DNA from: Octopus vulgaris
Lineage: Eukaryota
Assembly: GCA_951406725.2 (NCBI GenBank)
Contig: OX597834.1
Span: 24,056,001-24,120,000 of the forward strand
Direction of reading: 5' to 3'
DNA: 64,000 nt
Below the pieces are notes generated by a model. The model saw only the letters and a list, made by a program, of their open reading frames with translations. It did not search any database and had not been told where the DNA came from. Made by a program: the position numbers and the translations under genes. Position 1 is the stretch's first letter. Each line of letters begins with the position of its first letter. Below are positions 26,035 to 40,237 of the stretch, in pieces.

Positions 26035-26599
26035 AATGGAGGAGGAGAGGAAGAGAAAAAAGAATGACATACACACATAATACAAACAACATATATGAAT
26101 AGATGTTTGTGTGTATACACACACACATACATACATACACACACACATATATATGTGTGCTGTAATGAAAATAATGCATTCTTTCCCATGTGAGAAAGTG
26201 GTATGAACCAGCCACTATAAAGTCAGACAGTCAGTCATTGTAGAGGGTCAGCAGTAGTAGAGTCATTGTACGAGTTCTCAGTTGGAGTCAGTGTCAGCTA
26301 CATGATATATACACGTTCAAGCTACTATCAAGGTAGATGTTTCAAAGTCATTGTCTTGCAGAGCTATCAGTGATAGCATGATAGATGAGTCAAAGCTAAT
26401 AAGATGTGGAATGCTGCCACAATATATTAATGGTGACAACAATATACAAGTAGAGGAGGAATGGTGATGAGGATATAAACAATTCATGGAGACAGTGTTG
26501 CAAATAAAAAAAATTTTTCACAAGAAAATAAACAATTCATGTGGACGATGTTGAAAAATTTTCCACATGGTAAAACGAAAAACTCAACACACTTTTGTT

Positions 26600-28650
26600 G
26601 TACATAATTTACAAAAAAATCCATAAAATTATGGAAAACTTGTTAGGGGAATTAGTTGAGTTGCAAAAGCAGCAACAACTCAAATAACAGCAACAAAAGC
26701 TACAACTTATGAAATTAGTAACAAAAGTGGAAAATACATTTTTGCCAGACCATGTAGCAAATTCGACAAAAGCAGCTCACCGATGAGTGAGTGGTATGAA
26801 AGGATAAGGCGAAATGGTTTGGACATCACACAGGATCTACAGAGGTTGACACAAGAGAGTATGGAATCTACATGCTGCAAATTTGAGAGAAGATATCTTG
26901 AGTAATCCAGAGAAAATCAGGGGTTTGCAAATGTTGCTGATGAAAGGACTGTGAAACAGCACTGATTGCAGTGTCTGATGTGTTAACCACAAGCAAAAGC
27001 TTTGCTTCAGAGACATAGTGTTCAAGGACTTGATGCTGTGGAGACTGTTTCCCAGCACTGAAAGCCTGAGTTAAGTAGGTGCAAGTGAAGGGAAGTTATT
27101 CTTCTTGTGGCAAGTCTGAAGAAGCTCGGTAAGTTGAGTCAGAAGTCCAGTGCAGTGAAGAATGAAATGGCATAACTTGAAGCAGAATCAAATTTCACGT
27201 CATGGCGACAAGTCAGAAAATTCATCCAAAACAAGGCGAGACATGCGCGTTGAGTAGGGTGCGACTAAAGTACAATGAAGAAGAAAGGTAGCCATAATGG
27301 AAACATTTGCTCAGTCACTGTTATATATAAAAAATATTTTTATATTTTTTGGTGGGGTGGGGATATTTCCAGAACAAAAATATTTCAACATTTGGGTCAC
27401 CAGTGTTGCGATTTTGGTTGGAATGTGTTTGAATGCAACAATGTCCAACTATAACGCAGAATGAAGTATATGTAGAAATAAACGTCAGAAGGCATGTTTT
27501 GTAAACAAAGAATAGTAATTTATTTGGGATTATTGACAAGTGATGAGCAAAAAGAGCATAGATATGTAGGAGTCAGAGGGAAGCCAAGAAAACTCACAGT
27601 TGCACAACTAGGTTAGAAGCTTGCAGTGCTAAGGATGTAAGGAAAACAAATACACAACAGCAGCTGGTACAAAGGCTGGTGTGAAATGTCAAGATCTGTC
27701 ACTGTAGGTTGTGGTCATCTGTCCCCTGATGGTCATACAGCTCTGTTTGCTGACAGTCAGAGGATCTATTTTTTGTCTGCATGTGTCCAAGGGGGGAAGT
27801 GAAGACATTTTTAAATTGTTCACTGAGTACCTTACTTATCCTTTCTGTTAGTGAGCCATTTCCTTGGAACTATGGCTTTATTTTATATTGTATTGTAGCT
27901 ATTTCTTTTGCAAATTTATAGAAAACTTTAGGGTTTGTATTTATGCCTCTGTTCTAGCTAACAGATTTAAAGTATAAAAATATGTTTTTAATGTGATATA
28001 AGCATTTGACCCTAAGTTCTCTAAATTTATTGAGGATCTCACCAGAACATTTTAGGATATTGTTGTATAGTGAAGCTGTACACCCTTCCTGATAAAAAGT
28101 GGTAGTAGCCAACCATTATGAAGAGACCAGTAGCCAGTCAATGGGAGAAGGTCAAGAAAGTCAACAAGGTTGAGAATACGAGTAGACTGTGTTGATAGCC
28201 GTGTCTGTGCTGATATAGTAATTATACCGTGATACTGAGTGGATGTTATATTTATCTAACCTTTTGGGAATAATAGCACTGTATGACTGGGGGTGGGTCA
28301 TACAATACCAGATAAAACCATTCAATCGATGATTTCGGAATATAACAATATCAGTTAGAGCAACTACCATTGTCAAAAGAAAGATACAACAGTGGAAAAA
28401 GACTGCTTACAACAGATATCCAGTAATTTTGTGCAGTAAAGTTTACAGCTATATCTATCTTTTATATAAGGCAATATGGAACTCAAAATTTTTATCTTTC
28501 AATTACCCAATTTTTTTCATGACATAACTTTAGCTTTATCACAAGTCTTGAATATATGGATATGATTATATAATTGATTCTTGAATACATTTCCAGCTGA
28601 GCCTAAACATAAATGTTAGTATTGATATCACATCTGTAGACCCTATTTGT
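26600..28650 (+). mobile_element. Highly decayed Ty3/Gypsy-like gag-pol remnant
   Basis: Scattered motif-like peptides (KRPVA..WEKVKK, LGII..YDW, YIFQLSL); no continuous ORF. Confidence 0.3.
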
Positions 28651-29381
28651 AGTTAGGCATAAATTACTGACAAGGCATTGAAGTTTGTTTTTACAATTAC
28701 AAAACATATGAGGTGGACATTAATGTTACAGGTGTCAGCAGCAGGGATATTAATCTGCTGCATGCAGGTAGTTTCAGCAAGCTAAATTCTGTAAAATCAT
28801 TAGATCCAGCCATATTATCCAAGATTAAACTATGGTCAAAGAGATTATTAATATTTTGGATAGTAAGGTTAGCCCTGAGATAATTATTATTACAGTTTAT
28901 ATTTACACTATTAGTATTATTTGTTCTATAGCAACGCCAATATTTGTTAACATATCAATGTGAATCGTATCAATATTGCCATTCGTAACATTTCTTTTAT
29001 TATCACCATTACCATTTACATTAAATCTGCTGCCAGCACTTTTGGCATGGGAATGATCATTGGCCAAATTAATGTTATTGTTACTGTCAATGTTGCCAGC
29101 ACAATCACTGTTACTGTGACAGTTGGCACATTGGCTGCACATATATGACAGTGGTAAGCTGTGGTAGCAGTCTGATAAATGCTTCCTCCAATGTATATAC
29201 ATCTGTATGTGTGTGTGTGTGTGTGTGTAAAGGTAAAGGTAAACATCCCCTTTGGTCATGGATGGCCATGGGATTGCACAGAGAAAGTTTCCCTCTGAGG
29301 CACAAGCCCAGGGCAGTTTGTTTATAGAAAGCCAGGTGTTGCCCTCACATACCAGCCACATCTCTCCACACCACTGATATT

Positions 29382-29503
29382 ATTCTGTAGAAGAGCGTAG
29401 GCTCGAAACGTAAAAGACTTTTTCTATTCTTGAGCGTTATACTAATACATCTGTTTGTTTTGTACACCACTTGTCTTCGTCTTTTGTTTTTTTCGTAAAC
29501 TCT

Positions 29504-29507
<4 letters not shown>
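29382..29507 (+). mobile_element. Penelope-LTR-like fragment starting with a hammerhead-like motif
   Basis: att CTGTAGA a gag cgtagg ctc GAAA cg TA aaag, then a T-rich LTR-like tail ending in (TA)n. The tail end ttttttcgtaaactctcc recurs at ~40825. Confidence 0.5.
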
Positions 29508-29555
<48 letters not shown>

Positions 29556-30144
29556 TAGTATGTATAGTCAGTGTATATTTATGTGGTTGTCTCTACTTAA
29601 CCGATAGTATGTCTGTTGTCTATTTGATGACTATTTAATGTACCCATAGGCACTACTGTGTCTATAGCAACTCCAGAATATTTTGATGTCTCTGTTTTGG
29701 AGCATAAATTAGATTTGCTTTATTGTCATTGTATCTTTTCGTGCTTTCCTATATTTTTTAATTGCTTCTTTTAAACTACACCCAACTTCTTACTCTTCCA
29801 TAAATTGCAGCGTTTAAATTAAAAACAACACTAGCTGAACGAATAGGCTATGGTTCAGGTCGACTATTTAAATTATGCCTGAAGATGGTGGATTCTTCAG
29901 ACAGAGAATGAAATAATACAAAATTTACTTTGGTTGAAGTGTTTATATATATTTAGTAATCAGGAGTTCTTTAAATAGCTAGAGAGGAGGAAAATATATT
30001 TAATAATGTAGAAAAAAGAGAGAGGGGTTATAGAATGAAGTAATAATTGTACATATATACCCAATTATGCATATTCACACACACAAACACACATATGCAC
30101 ACATATCTACATATTTATATATACAAATATATTCATATACACAC

Positions 30145-30209
<65 letters not shown>

Positions 30210-30401
30210 ATCAAATGAAATAATTTAAAAACGGGAGGCAAAGGATGTTGTGGTACATATGTTTCAGGCTTTATAGAACAACTTATTCTTACATCAATTC
30301 ATAATCGATATAACAGATAGATCAAAAGCCTTCTTCAGCCACATACAATTGCTACACCAAAGACTTGTATCACATTATAAAAGGTTTGAGAAAAAAACCT
30401 T

Positions 30402-30432
<31 letters not shown>

Positions 30433-30589
30433 TGCATATAAATATATATACATATAAATATACATATATATATATGTATATATATACATATAAATATATA
30501 TACATAAATACATATATAGACACACATACATTCATATCCATACATACATATATATATATACATATATAGAAAACATATATATATATATG

Positions 30590-31935
30590 GTTGAAGTGTA
30601 CAACTGTGGTCTCTTCCAGAGTTGGAGGTTCATCTAATTCCACTCTGACTGGTTGCTGCTGGATCTGGACGATTGCATTTTCCTGGACAACTCAGTTTGC
30701 AATGAAGAGGGCCTGAAAGTATTGAGACCAGTGGTTGAGGATGGATGTTATGTCTGTGAGAAGTGCCTGGCTATCTGAGCACAAGGAAACTTCAGACTTG
30801 ATGTGCTGGGCTGTAGACTGCTTTGAGAGCTTCATAGAACCCCCTGTAGTCGCCAGAGTCAGCGCACAGCTGGGTTCTCCATGCGAGGTTGGTCCACAAC
30901 TCATTCTGAACTTCACGAAGTTTACACAGCAGAAAGCTGCAGGCTTGGTGAAAGGCTGCTTTCTTCTCTGGGCAGGTCAATTGTGCCAGGTGTGCTTGGT
31001 GGACAGACCTCATCTTCTTTAATAATTCCTGGATCAGGACATTGTTTTCATCAAATCAATCCTTGTTCTTTTTCTTCATAAACCCAAGGATTTCTACAGA
31101 GGTCTGTAGGATGGTGGTTCTCAGTTTTAAGGTGGCGAGCTGGCAGAAACGTTAGCACGCCGGGCGAAATGCGTAGCAGTATTTCGTCTGCATTACGTTG
31201 TGAGTTCAAATTCCGCCGAGGTCGACTTTGCCTTTCATCCTTTCGGGGTCGATAAATTAAGTACCAGTTACGCACTGGGGTCGATGTAATCGACTTAATA
31301 CCTATGTCTGTCCTTGTTTGTCCCCTCTATGTTTAGTCCCTTGTGGGTAATAAAGAAATAGGTTCTCAGTTGTTCCCATAGGATTTCTGGAGAGGGATCT
31401 GAGGGGGGCGATTGGATTTATCAAGCTTTACCTGTCGTCCTGCTTGAAAGTTTACTTTCACTTCATTTATCTGCAGATTGCTAGTTTTAATTTTCTTGTT
31501 GTTGGCCAGTCCTGTCTTTTTTGTTGGTTTGGGCTTGAAGTGGAGTTTGAGTTTACAACAGCCCAGACGATGGTCAGTATGGCATTCTGTTCTAGGCATC
31601 ACTTTGGTGTGCATGACGTCAGACTAGTTTCGTTGGCACACTAGGACATAGTCAAGGAGGTGCTAGTGTTTTGATCAGAGATGCATCCAGGTTGCTTTCA
31701 GACTGTCTCTTTGCTGGAAGATGGTATTGGTGATGATGAGCTGATGTTTTGTGAAAAACTCAAGCAAGAGTCGCCCATCACCATTGCAGTTCCCAACCCT
31801 ATGTTTTCCGAGGACTTCCTTTCCACGTTTCTGAATCTTGGCCCACTCTGGTATTGAAATCTCCTAGGATTATGACTTCATCATCGATGGAATTTCCCTA
31901 GAGGAGTCTGCACATGTCTGAGTAGAACTTGTCCA
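30590..31935 (-). pseudogene. RTE/BovB-like LINE ORF2 fragment (APE endonuclease and linker)
   Basis: [69 protein letters not shown]. Confidence 0.85.
31127..31360 (+). mobile_element. SINE family B inserted in the LINE
   Basis: 11-bp TSD GGTTCTCAGTT (31116-31126, 31361-31371). Confidence 0.9.
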
Positions 31936-31976
31936 ACCCATGCTAGCATGGAAAACGGACATTAAAATGATGATGA

Positions 31977-32019
<43 letters not shown>

Positions 32020-32248
32020 CATGTATGTATGTATGTATGTATATCAATAAACAGCATTTCTAAATATAATTTATTCATCGCCCACATCATTGGTGAATGA
32101 CTAATAATGATAATAATTAGATAAAAATATTAAGATGATGAAGGTGACAACAATGAGGATGATGATGGTGAGCGTTGGTAGAAATAACAGGCAGGTATGA
32201 GAGTGGGAGAAGGTACTATATAATACATATATGCATGAATACGCACAG

Positions 32249-32281
<33 letters not shown>

Positions 32282-33179
32282 GGGAGAATATATTACAGAC
32301 ATCACTTTATAGACAAATATATATGTATATAAGCATGCATACATGCATGCTTATATATATATATATGTATATGCATGCATACAAAGTTACATAAAGATAG
32401 GTGGACAGACAGACAAATAAATAGTTAGACAGACAAATAGATAGAGAGACAGATAGACAGACGGATGGACGGATGGACGGACAAAGAGACAGACATATAG
32501 ATAGCTAGTCAGATAGACAGAGAAATAGAGATTAAGCAGTAGACAGAGATGGATTGATAGATTGTGAGAGAGGTACATAGGAAGTATAGTAAAATAAAAG
32601 TATATAGGAGAGAGAGATAGGGAAGAGAGAGATAGGGGAGACAGAGAGATAGGGGAGAGAGAGAGAGAGAGAGAGATGGAGAGAGGGTGTATGTGTGTGT
32701 GGGGGCGGGCGGGGGAAGGAAATTGAAGAAAATGGTGCAATTAGAGAAGAAAGGAACATAGGTGACTGAGGAATGGAGAAACAAGGTAGAAAAAGACGGA
32801 ATGAAGGAATGAGTGATTAAATAATCGAAGGTGAAGGAATATACAAATGAAGGAATATATATTTTTTTAAATTTTATTTTATTTTATTTTATCTAGTTTC
32901 AGCTCACGAGCTGTGGCCATGCTGGGGCACCGCCATGTATATATATATGTATATATATATATATGAATGACGAAATGAAGAAATGAGCGGAAAAAAAGTA
33001 AGATGTCAGTGTTTAAGAGAAAAGTCGGGTTTTATTGTTTTGTTGATGATGTTGGAAGTCTCCTCCCAGTATAGTAGTAGCACCACATTGCTGTGAACAT
33101 TTTTACAACAGCAGCTCTGCAGTAACAACAACAACAACAAACAGTTTAATGCAGTTGTCTCAAGGAAAATGGCTGACAC

Positions 33180-33484
33180 GTGTGTGTGTGTGTGTATGTG
33201 TGTGTGTGTGTACATAGGGGATGTGTGCGTGTGTGTGTGTATGTGTACATAGGGGATGTGTGTGTGTGTGTGTGTGTACATAGGGGATGTGTGTGTGCGT
33301 GTGTGTGTACATAGGGGATGTGTGTGGGCGTGTGTGTGCGTGTATGCATAAGCAATGTGTGTGTGTGTGCAGGTAAGTGTATATACATAGGTATGTGTTA
33401 TGTGTGTGTGTGTGTATATAGGGGATGTGTGTGTGCGTGTGTGTGTACATAGGGGATGTGTGTGTGCATGTATGCATAAGCAAT

Positions 33485-33515
<31 letters not shown>

Positions 33516-34800
33516 CAGGTAAGTGTATATACATAGGTATGTGTTGTGTGTGTGTATACAGGGGGCGTGTGTGTGTACATAGGGGCTGTGTGTGTGTGTG
33601 TGTGTACATAGGGGATGTGTGTGGGCGTGTGTGTGCATGTATGCATAAGCAATGTGTATGTATGTGTGTATGTGCAGGTAAGTGTATATACATAGGTATG
33701 TGTTGTGTGTGTGTGTGTACACAGGGGGGGCGTGTGTGTGTACATAGGGGCTGTGTGTGTGTGTGTGTGTACATAGGGGATGTGTGTGTGCGTGTGTGTG
33801 TGCATGTATGCATAAGCAATGTGTATGTGTGTGTGTGCAGGTAAGTGTATATACATAGGTATGTGTTATGTGTGTGTGTGTGTGTGTGTATGTGTACATA
33901 GGGGATGTGTGTGTGTGTACATAGGGCATGTGTGTGTGTGTGTATGTGTACATAGGGGATGTGTGTGTGCGTGTGTGTACATAGGGGATGTGTGTGTGCG
34001 TATATGTGTGCATGTATGCATAAGCAATGTGTATGTGTGTGTGCAGGTAAGTGTATATACATAGGTATGTGTTATGTGTGTGTACATAGGGGATGTGTGT
34101 GTGTGTGTATGTGTACATAGAGGATGTGTGTGTGTGTACATAGGGGATTTGTGTGTGTGTGTACATAGGGGATTTGTGTGTGTGTGTACATAGGGGATGT
34201 GTGTGGGTGTGTACATAGGGGATGTGTGTGTGCATCTATGCATAAGCAATGTGTATGTGTGTGTGTGTGTGTGCAGGTAAGTGTATATACATAGGTATGT
34301 GTTATGTGTGTGTATGTGTACATAGGGGATGTGCGTGGGTGTGTACATAGGGGATGTGTGTGTGCATGTATGCATAAGCAATGTGTATGTGTGTGTGCAG
34401 GTAAGTGTATATACATAGGTATGTGTTATGTGTGTGTGTGTATATAGGGGGATGTGTGTGTGTGTACATAGGGGATGTGTGTGTGTGTGTACATAGGGGA
34501 TGTGCGTGTGTGTGTACATAGGGGATGTGTGTGTGTGCATCTATGCATAAGCAATGTGTGTGTGTGTGTGCAGGTAAGTGTATATACATAGGTATGTGTT
34601 ATGTGTGTGTGTGTACATAGGGGATGTGTGTGTGTGTGTGTGTGTACATAGGGGATGTGTGTGTGTGTGTGTGTACATAGGGGATGTGTGTGTGCGTGTG
34701 TGTGTGTGCATCTATGCATAAGCAATGTGTATGTGTGTGTGTGTGCAGGTAAGTGTATATACATAGGTATGTGTTGTGTGTGTGTGTCTGTGTCTGTGTG
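33180..34800. repeat. Higher-order (GT)n-based minisatellite
   Basis: Modules acatagggga, gcat(g/c)tatgcataagcaat and gcaggtaagtgtatatacataggtat, separated by variable (GT)n; 9 higher-order units. Confidence 0.9.
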
Positions 34801-35239
34801 TTTGTGTGTGGTGATATATTTGCGTCTATAAACTGATGTCTGCATGATGGTTTCCTCTGTCAAGTCTTTTGCAGAACTAAAACAGTCTCTGTTTTTCTCT
34901 CTTTCTCTCTCTCTCCCTCTCTTTCTCTCTCTCCCTCTTTCTCTGTTCTCCATCATCTCTTTCTGTACATACATATGCAAACACACACATGGACACACAC
35001 ACACACATAAGCAACTATGTATGTATACACATGCACACACACACACACATATTATTTAGAGAGGGAAAGAAGCAGAGTGGTGACAGTAATAGCAATGGTA
35101 CCTTAAGTGCTACAATTGCAGTTAATAATGACAACGATGATGATGAGGGGGTGAAGTAGAGTATACTTCCTAATGCTAGTGGTGGTGGTGGTGGTGGTGG
35201 TGGCGGTGGTGTTGGCGGCAGCGGCGGTGGCGGTGGTGG

Positions 35240-36330
35240 TGATGACAAGGCTGAGACCATTGCAGAAGGATTGAAAAGTGTCTTGGACGAAATTCACTTG
35301 TGGGGACACAATCTCAATGGTTATTGCTGATATGATGAGTCTGAATACAGGACGAAAGAGTGGGGTAGTGGTTAGACTGCAGGGAATGTTCTTGAGTAAA
35401 GGGTATGACAAGCCACAATTTGTGAGCTGCCAACACCACGTCTTGGACAGAATCCTGCACATTGTTATGGATGAGGAGCTAGCAGGCACAAGCAATCCAC
35501 CCAACATTGAATATTCTTTGGTCAAAGAACTCATGACAAGTCATGAAGAACTCCAAGACTCCCTCCATGATGGAATTTATGTCATTGAAGATCAAGCTGG
35601 TTGGAGATATGATACAAAGTTTCTGTTCCACTTAATCCATGCCTTCGGGTTCTTCCATGAAAACAGAGACATAGCTTTCATCAAGTTTCAGAAAATTCTG
35701 AATATCAGTAATGCCAGATGGAATTCGCAAGCAATCTTAGCCCTTCTTGCATTTTCCCTCATGCCACATGTGAGAAAAAGACTGCAGATGGTCTGCCAGT
35801 TCATCTCATATGACTGGGCAGACCCCTTGTTCAGTGACCAAATGTATGGAGCTGAGTGGAGGCGCAATGGCCCAGTGGTTAGAGCAGTGGACTCGCGGTC
35901 ATAGGATCGCAGTTTTGATTCCCGGACCGGGCGTTGTGTGTGTTTATTGAGCGAAAACACCTAAAGCTCCACGAGGCTCCGGCAGGGGATGGTGGTGATC
36001 CCTGCTGTACTCTTTCACCACAACTTTCTCTCACTCTCACTTCCTGTTTCTGTTGTACCTGTATTTCGAAGGGCCGGCCTTGTCACTCTCTGTGTCACGC
36101 TGAATATCCCCGAGAACTACGTTAAGGGTACACGTGTCTGTGGAGTGCTCAGCCACTTACACGTTAATTTCACGAGCAGGCTGTTCCGTTGATTCGGATC
36201 AACCGGAACCCTCGTCGTTGTAACCGACGGAATGCTTCAATAAGTATGGAGCTGAAGATTATGCAGAGGTATTGTAAGCCTTACTACCCTACAGTAGAAG
36301 CAATCAATGCTGTGAGTGAGCAAATAAGGT
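35240..36330 (+). pseudogene. hAT-like DDE transposase remnant, split by a SINE
   Basis: MVIAD..SLNTGRKSGVV, CQHHVLD (CxxH) and SNARWNS motifs. Frameshifted N-terminal part; continues after the SINE. Confidence 0.65.
35856..36243 (+). mobile_element. tRNA-derived SINE family C (tail type 2)
   Basis: Head ggaggcgcaatggcccagtggttagagcag. 12-bp TSD GTATGGAGCTGA (35844-35855, 36244-36255). Confidence 0.9.
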
Positions 36331-36614
36331 CATGCAAGAACAACACGATACATTCAAGAAGAAAGCCAGCCTGCCACTGTGTTTGATTCTCTTTAATGAC
36401 TTGCTGCATCTTGACTTTTGACTAATTTGACTTTCTATGACTTACCTTCATTTTATTGTTCAAGAATGCAGAATAACAATTATGGATTAAATGTTTTGGA
36501 TCTTTTTCTCTTTTTTGTTTATTATTCGACCAGGGTTTTAGTTTTTGGAAATCCACCCAAAATGCAACTGAGTAAAAAAGTTTCAAAGTTAGTCTCTCTC
36601 TCTCTCTCTCTCTC

Positions 36615-37028
36615 TCTCCTTTACTCTTTTACTTGTTTCAGTCAGTTGACTGCGGCCATGCTGGAGCACTGCCTTTAGTCGAGTAACTCGACCCCGGGAC
36701 TTATTCTTTGTAAGCCCAGTACTTATTCTCAGTCTCTTTTGCCGAACCGCTAAGTAACGGGGGACATAAACACACCAGCATCGGTTGTCAAGCAATGCTA
36801 GGGGGACAAACACAGATACACAAACACACACACATGCATATATATATATATATATACATATATACGACGGGTTTCTTTCAGTTTCCGTCTACCAAATCCA
36901 CTCACAAGGCTTTGGTCGGCCCAAGGCTATAGTAGAAGACACTTGCCCAAGGTGCCACGCAGTGGGACTGAACCCGGAACCATGTGGTTGGTAAACAAGC
37001 TACTTACCACACAGCCACTCCTGTGCCT
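36615..37028 (-). mobile_element. SINE family A, full length
   Basis: Complete match to the family. Confidence 0.85.
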
Positions 37029-38155
37029 ATTGTTGACTATCTGGTATCATCATTGGATAATGTTTTGAGTTTATTAGATGAATCGTGGTATTCTTAGTGT
37101 CCAAATATTTAGAATGTTTATTGTTCTTTGATACAGTTGAAACATTCCTGCTAGAGGCTTCCAATTCCATCTGAGCTTTGTGTACAAAAGATCTTAAAGC
37201 ATCTACAAAGTTGACAATTTCTAAATTGCAGTATTCCCCTCATACGACAACAACGGCTGTATATTTCTTCCTTACTTGTTTTACTATTTTACTGGTCATG
37301 GGGCAGGAGGAAGATCTGACAGAAATAAAACCATTTTAATTGGTTTGAAGAGAGTAATATACTGCTAACAAAACTGTTCTCAAGTACCTCATGCACCGTA
37401 TGTATGTGTGTGTGTTCAATTGCTAATAGTCTTTCTATACTGATGCTGCCTTCTTTTTCATTTAACTTTTTCATTGTAAATATTCTTCCACGACACATTT
37501 TTGAATTTTTTTTTTTTTTTGTTTCACTGACATTTTCTGAGAATTTATTTAAAATTTTTCTCTTCTGACTAAGTGGTGAATATTTGCTACTGAAACAATT
37601 GTAAAATCATGAAAATAAGAATATTTGTTTGTTCTGTGACATAATCTGGTTCTGTGTTCTATGGATATTACAGTTAATAAACCAAACTCCCAGAAATCTG
37701 TGCATGTTGCATGAGTTGCCAGCTTTGCAGTTTCATTTTTTTGGGAATGTAATGCATCACAGAGAACAGTAATTAAACCATTACATGTATAATTAGACAT
37801 TTTCATACCATACCATACCATACATATACATAGATATCTCTGTCTGCCTGTCTGTCTGTATGTATGTATGCGCACACATGCATACACAGAGAAAGAGAGA
37901 GAGAGCGAATCATTGCCAGAATGATTTCTGCGGGGGGAAAAAAAATGAAGAAAGGGAGAAAAGAAATAAAATAAAATAAAAATCAATCACAATAAAAAAC
38001 AAAAAAAAATCTTTATCATGTTTCTCTGTTTTTATTTATTTATGCTTTTCATTTATTGCACATGTGCAGAATACTGCAACTGCTCTCAATAAATGGTGAA
38101 GGGGAAATTTCTTTGGCAGCGCATTGCCATACAAGAACAAGTTGTATTCTATAAA

Positions 38156-38191
<36 letters not shown>

Positions 38192-38556
38192 TTGGCGGTG
38201 ATGGTGGTAATAATAATAATAATGATAATAGATAAATATACAACAAATAAAATTTGTAAAAATTTCATTTTTTTGTTGGTTAAATTTGTTTTACTGAACT
38301 CTACATGCAGAAATTTGATTCTCTAATTTACTTTTTCTTTTGGATATTTTTTTTGAGTTTCTTCATCCCCAAAGCTTTCAATTCTGTCACGTTTACCGTT
38401 GGAGTTTTCAATCCAGGTTTGTCTCTGTATCACAGCGTCATGTTTGTCAGTCGCTCCATGTTTTCTCTACACACATCACTTCTGTCTACTTAACCATTTC
38501 CCACCCCTGTGCGTGTGTGTGGGGGCATCTATATGTGTGTGTGTTTGTGTGTGTAT

Positions 38557-38588
<32 letters not shown>

Positions 38589-39047
38589 ATGCATATGTGG
38601 TAGGTGTGAACATGTGAGCATGAATATATATAAAGATAGAGAGAGAGAGAGAGAGAAAGAGATAGAATATGTGTGTGATGTATAAGGGTGGGTGTGCTTG
38701 TCTGTCCATTTTCTACCTCCCTCCCTCCCTCCCTCCTCCTTCCCTATACTGTCTTTGTACTCCTCCCCAACATTATAACACCATCTATTACATCATACCA
38801 CAGTACATGCTCACAGTTTTTTCATCAACAATGACCTTCTTCAGGAGGAGGAGGAGGAGGAGGAAAGGATCGCCTGTCTGATTGTTTCTTTCCCTCCTTC
38901 ATGCTGATGCTTCTTCTCTCTCCCTTCATTCCAATTCTTCCTTTCATTCATTTCCTTTCCCTCTAAGTTAATAGATCAATTCATGTACCTACATACCCAT
39001 CATGCACTCTCTCTCTCTCTACACACACAAACACACACACATATATA

Positions 39048-39082
<35 letters not shown>

Positions 39083-39186
39083 ATATATATTCAAATGAAG
39101 ATTTTACTTAAGTCAGAGGCACCAGAATTTTGTATGGTATTATCCATATAAATCCATGGGGTGATTATAATCAAAATAAGCAACAA

Positions 39187-39450
39187 GCATCATCATCATC
39201 ATCATCATCATCATTTAACGTCCGCTTTCCATGCTGGCATGGGTTAGACGGTTCAACTGGGGTCTGGTAAGCCATGGAGGCTGCACCAGGCCCAGTTTGA
39301 TCTGGCAGTGTTTCTACAGCTGGATGCCCTTCCTAACGCCAACCACTCTGTGAGTGTAGTGGGTGCTTTTTACGTGCCAGACGAGGCTGGCAAATGGCCA
39401 CGATCGGATGGTGCTTTTTACGTGCCACCGGCACGGGGACCAGACGAAGC
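39187..39450 (-). mobile_element. RTE 3' UTR fragment
   Basis: (CAT)n tail plus the conserved ctggatgcccttcctaacgccaacc motif. Confidence 0.7.
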
Positions 39451-39491
39451 TTATCTTCGGTATATATATATATATAGATATATATATATTA

Positions 39492-39748
39492 ATACACACA
39501 CATACATGTATATTAACTCACTTATGTACACATGCATGTATGTCAATTAGTGGAGATTATGCATACATGTGTATATGTATGTCAATGTATGTATGTTTGC
39601 ATATGTGTATATATGTGTATACACACACATACATGTATATTAGCTCACTTATGTACACATACATGTATGTCAATTAGTGGAGATTATGCATACATGTGTA
39701 TATGTATATCAATGTATGTATGTTTGCATGTGTGTATATATGTGTATA
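39492..39748. repeat. Tandem duplication of ~128 bp
   Basis: ctcacttatgtacacat..caattagtggagattatgcatacatg occurs twice. Confidence 0.8.
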
Positions 39749-40237
39749 TGCTTGATATGAAATTACATGAATGTATGTGTACATTCTTGGTGTTTTTATT
39801 TATGTAATTTTGAGTAGTTGCATAGATTTATCTTATTTTGTTTATTTTTACCTTGTAACATCTGCACATAGGACTTTACAAGTTCCTTTATCTTTAGAAA
39901 GACACCTAATAATGAGTCTGAAACTAACCTCCTTAGCTCACATCCCTTTCATCTCAAACGTAACTTGCCTACTGGTTTTGAATTTCATTGATCGCTTAAC
40001 AAAATCTTGCTTTCACCCACCTTTATACTGTTGTTGGAGTAGTAATTTCTTTTGAGTTCATCAATGAACTTTGTTAGCAAGAGATAAATGTACCTGAAGA
40101 AAAAGCTGAACATATCTGTATTAACCTAAAATTACATAACTTCTAGTAGGTTTTCCTTGGAAACATATGTAGGACATATTTGCCTACACCAGTCCCTACA
40201 CTCAATGGTGAATATGCACACATATGCATATCTAATA

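Noticed and set aside
33006-34589. 409-aa and 300-aa His/Thr-rich ORFs, and a CRISPR-like repeat-spacer look
   Set aside because: The ORFs come from the GT satellite. The spacers are (GT)n rather than unique sequence, there are no cas genes, and the context is eukaryotic.
35856-35935. tRNA gene-like sequences (also 4621, 16637 and others)
   Set aside because: They are SINE heads followed by SINE bodies and TSDs, without a complete cloverleaf.
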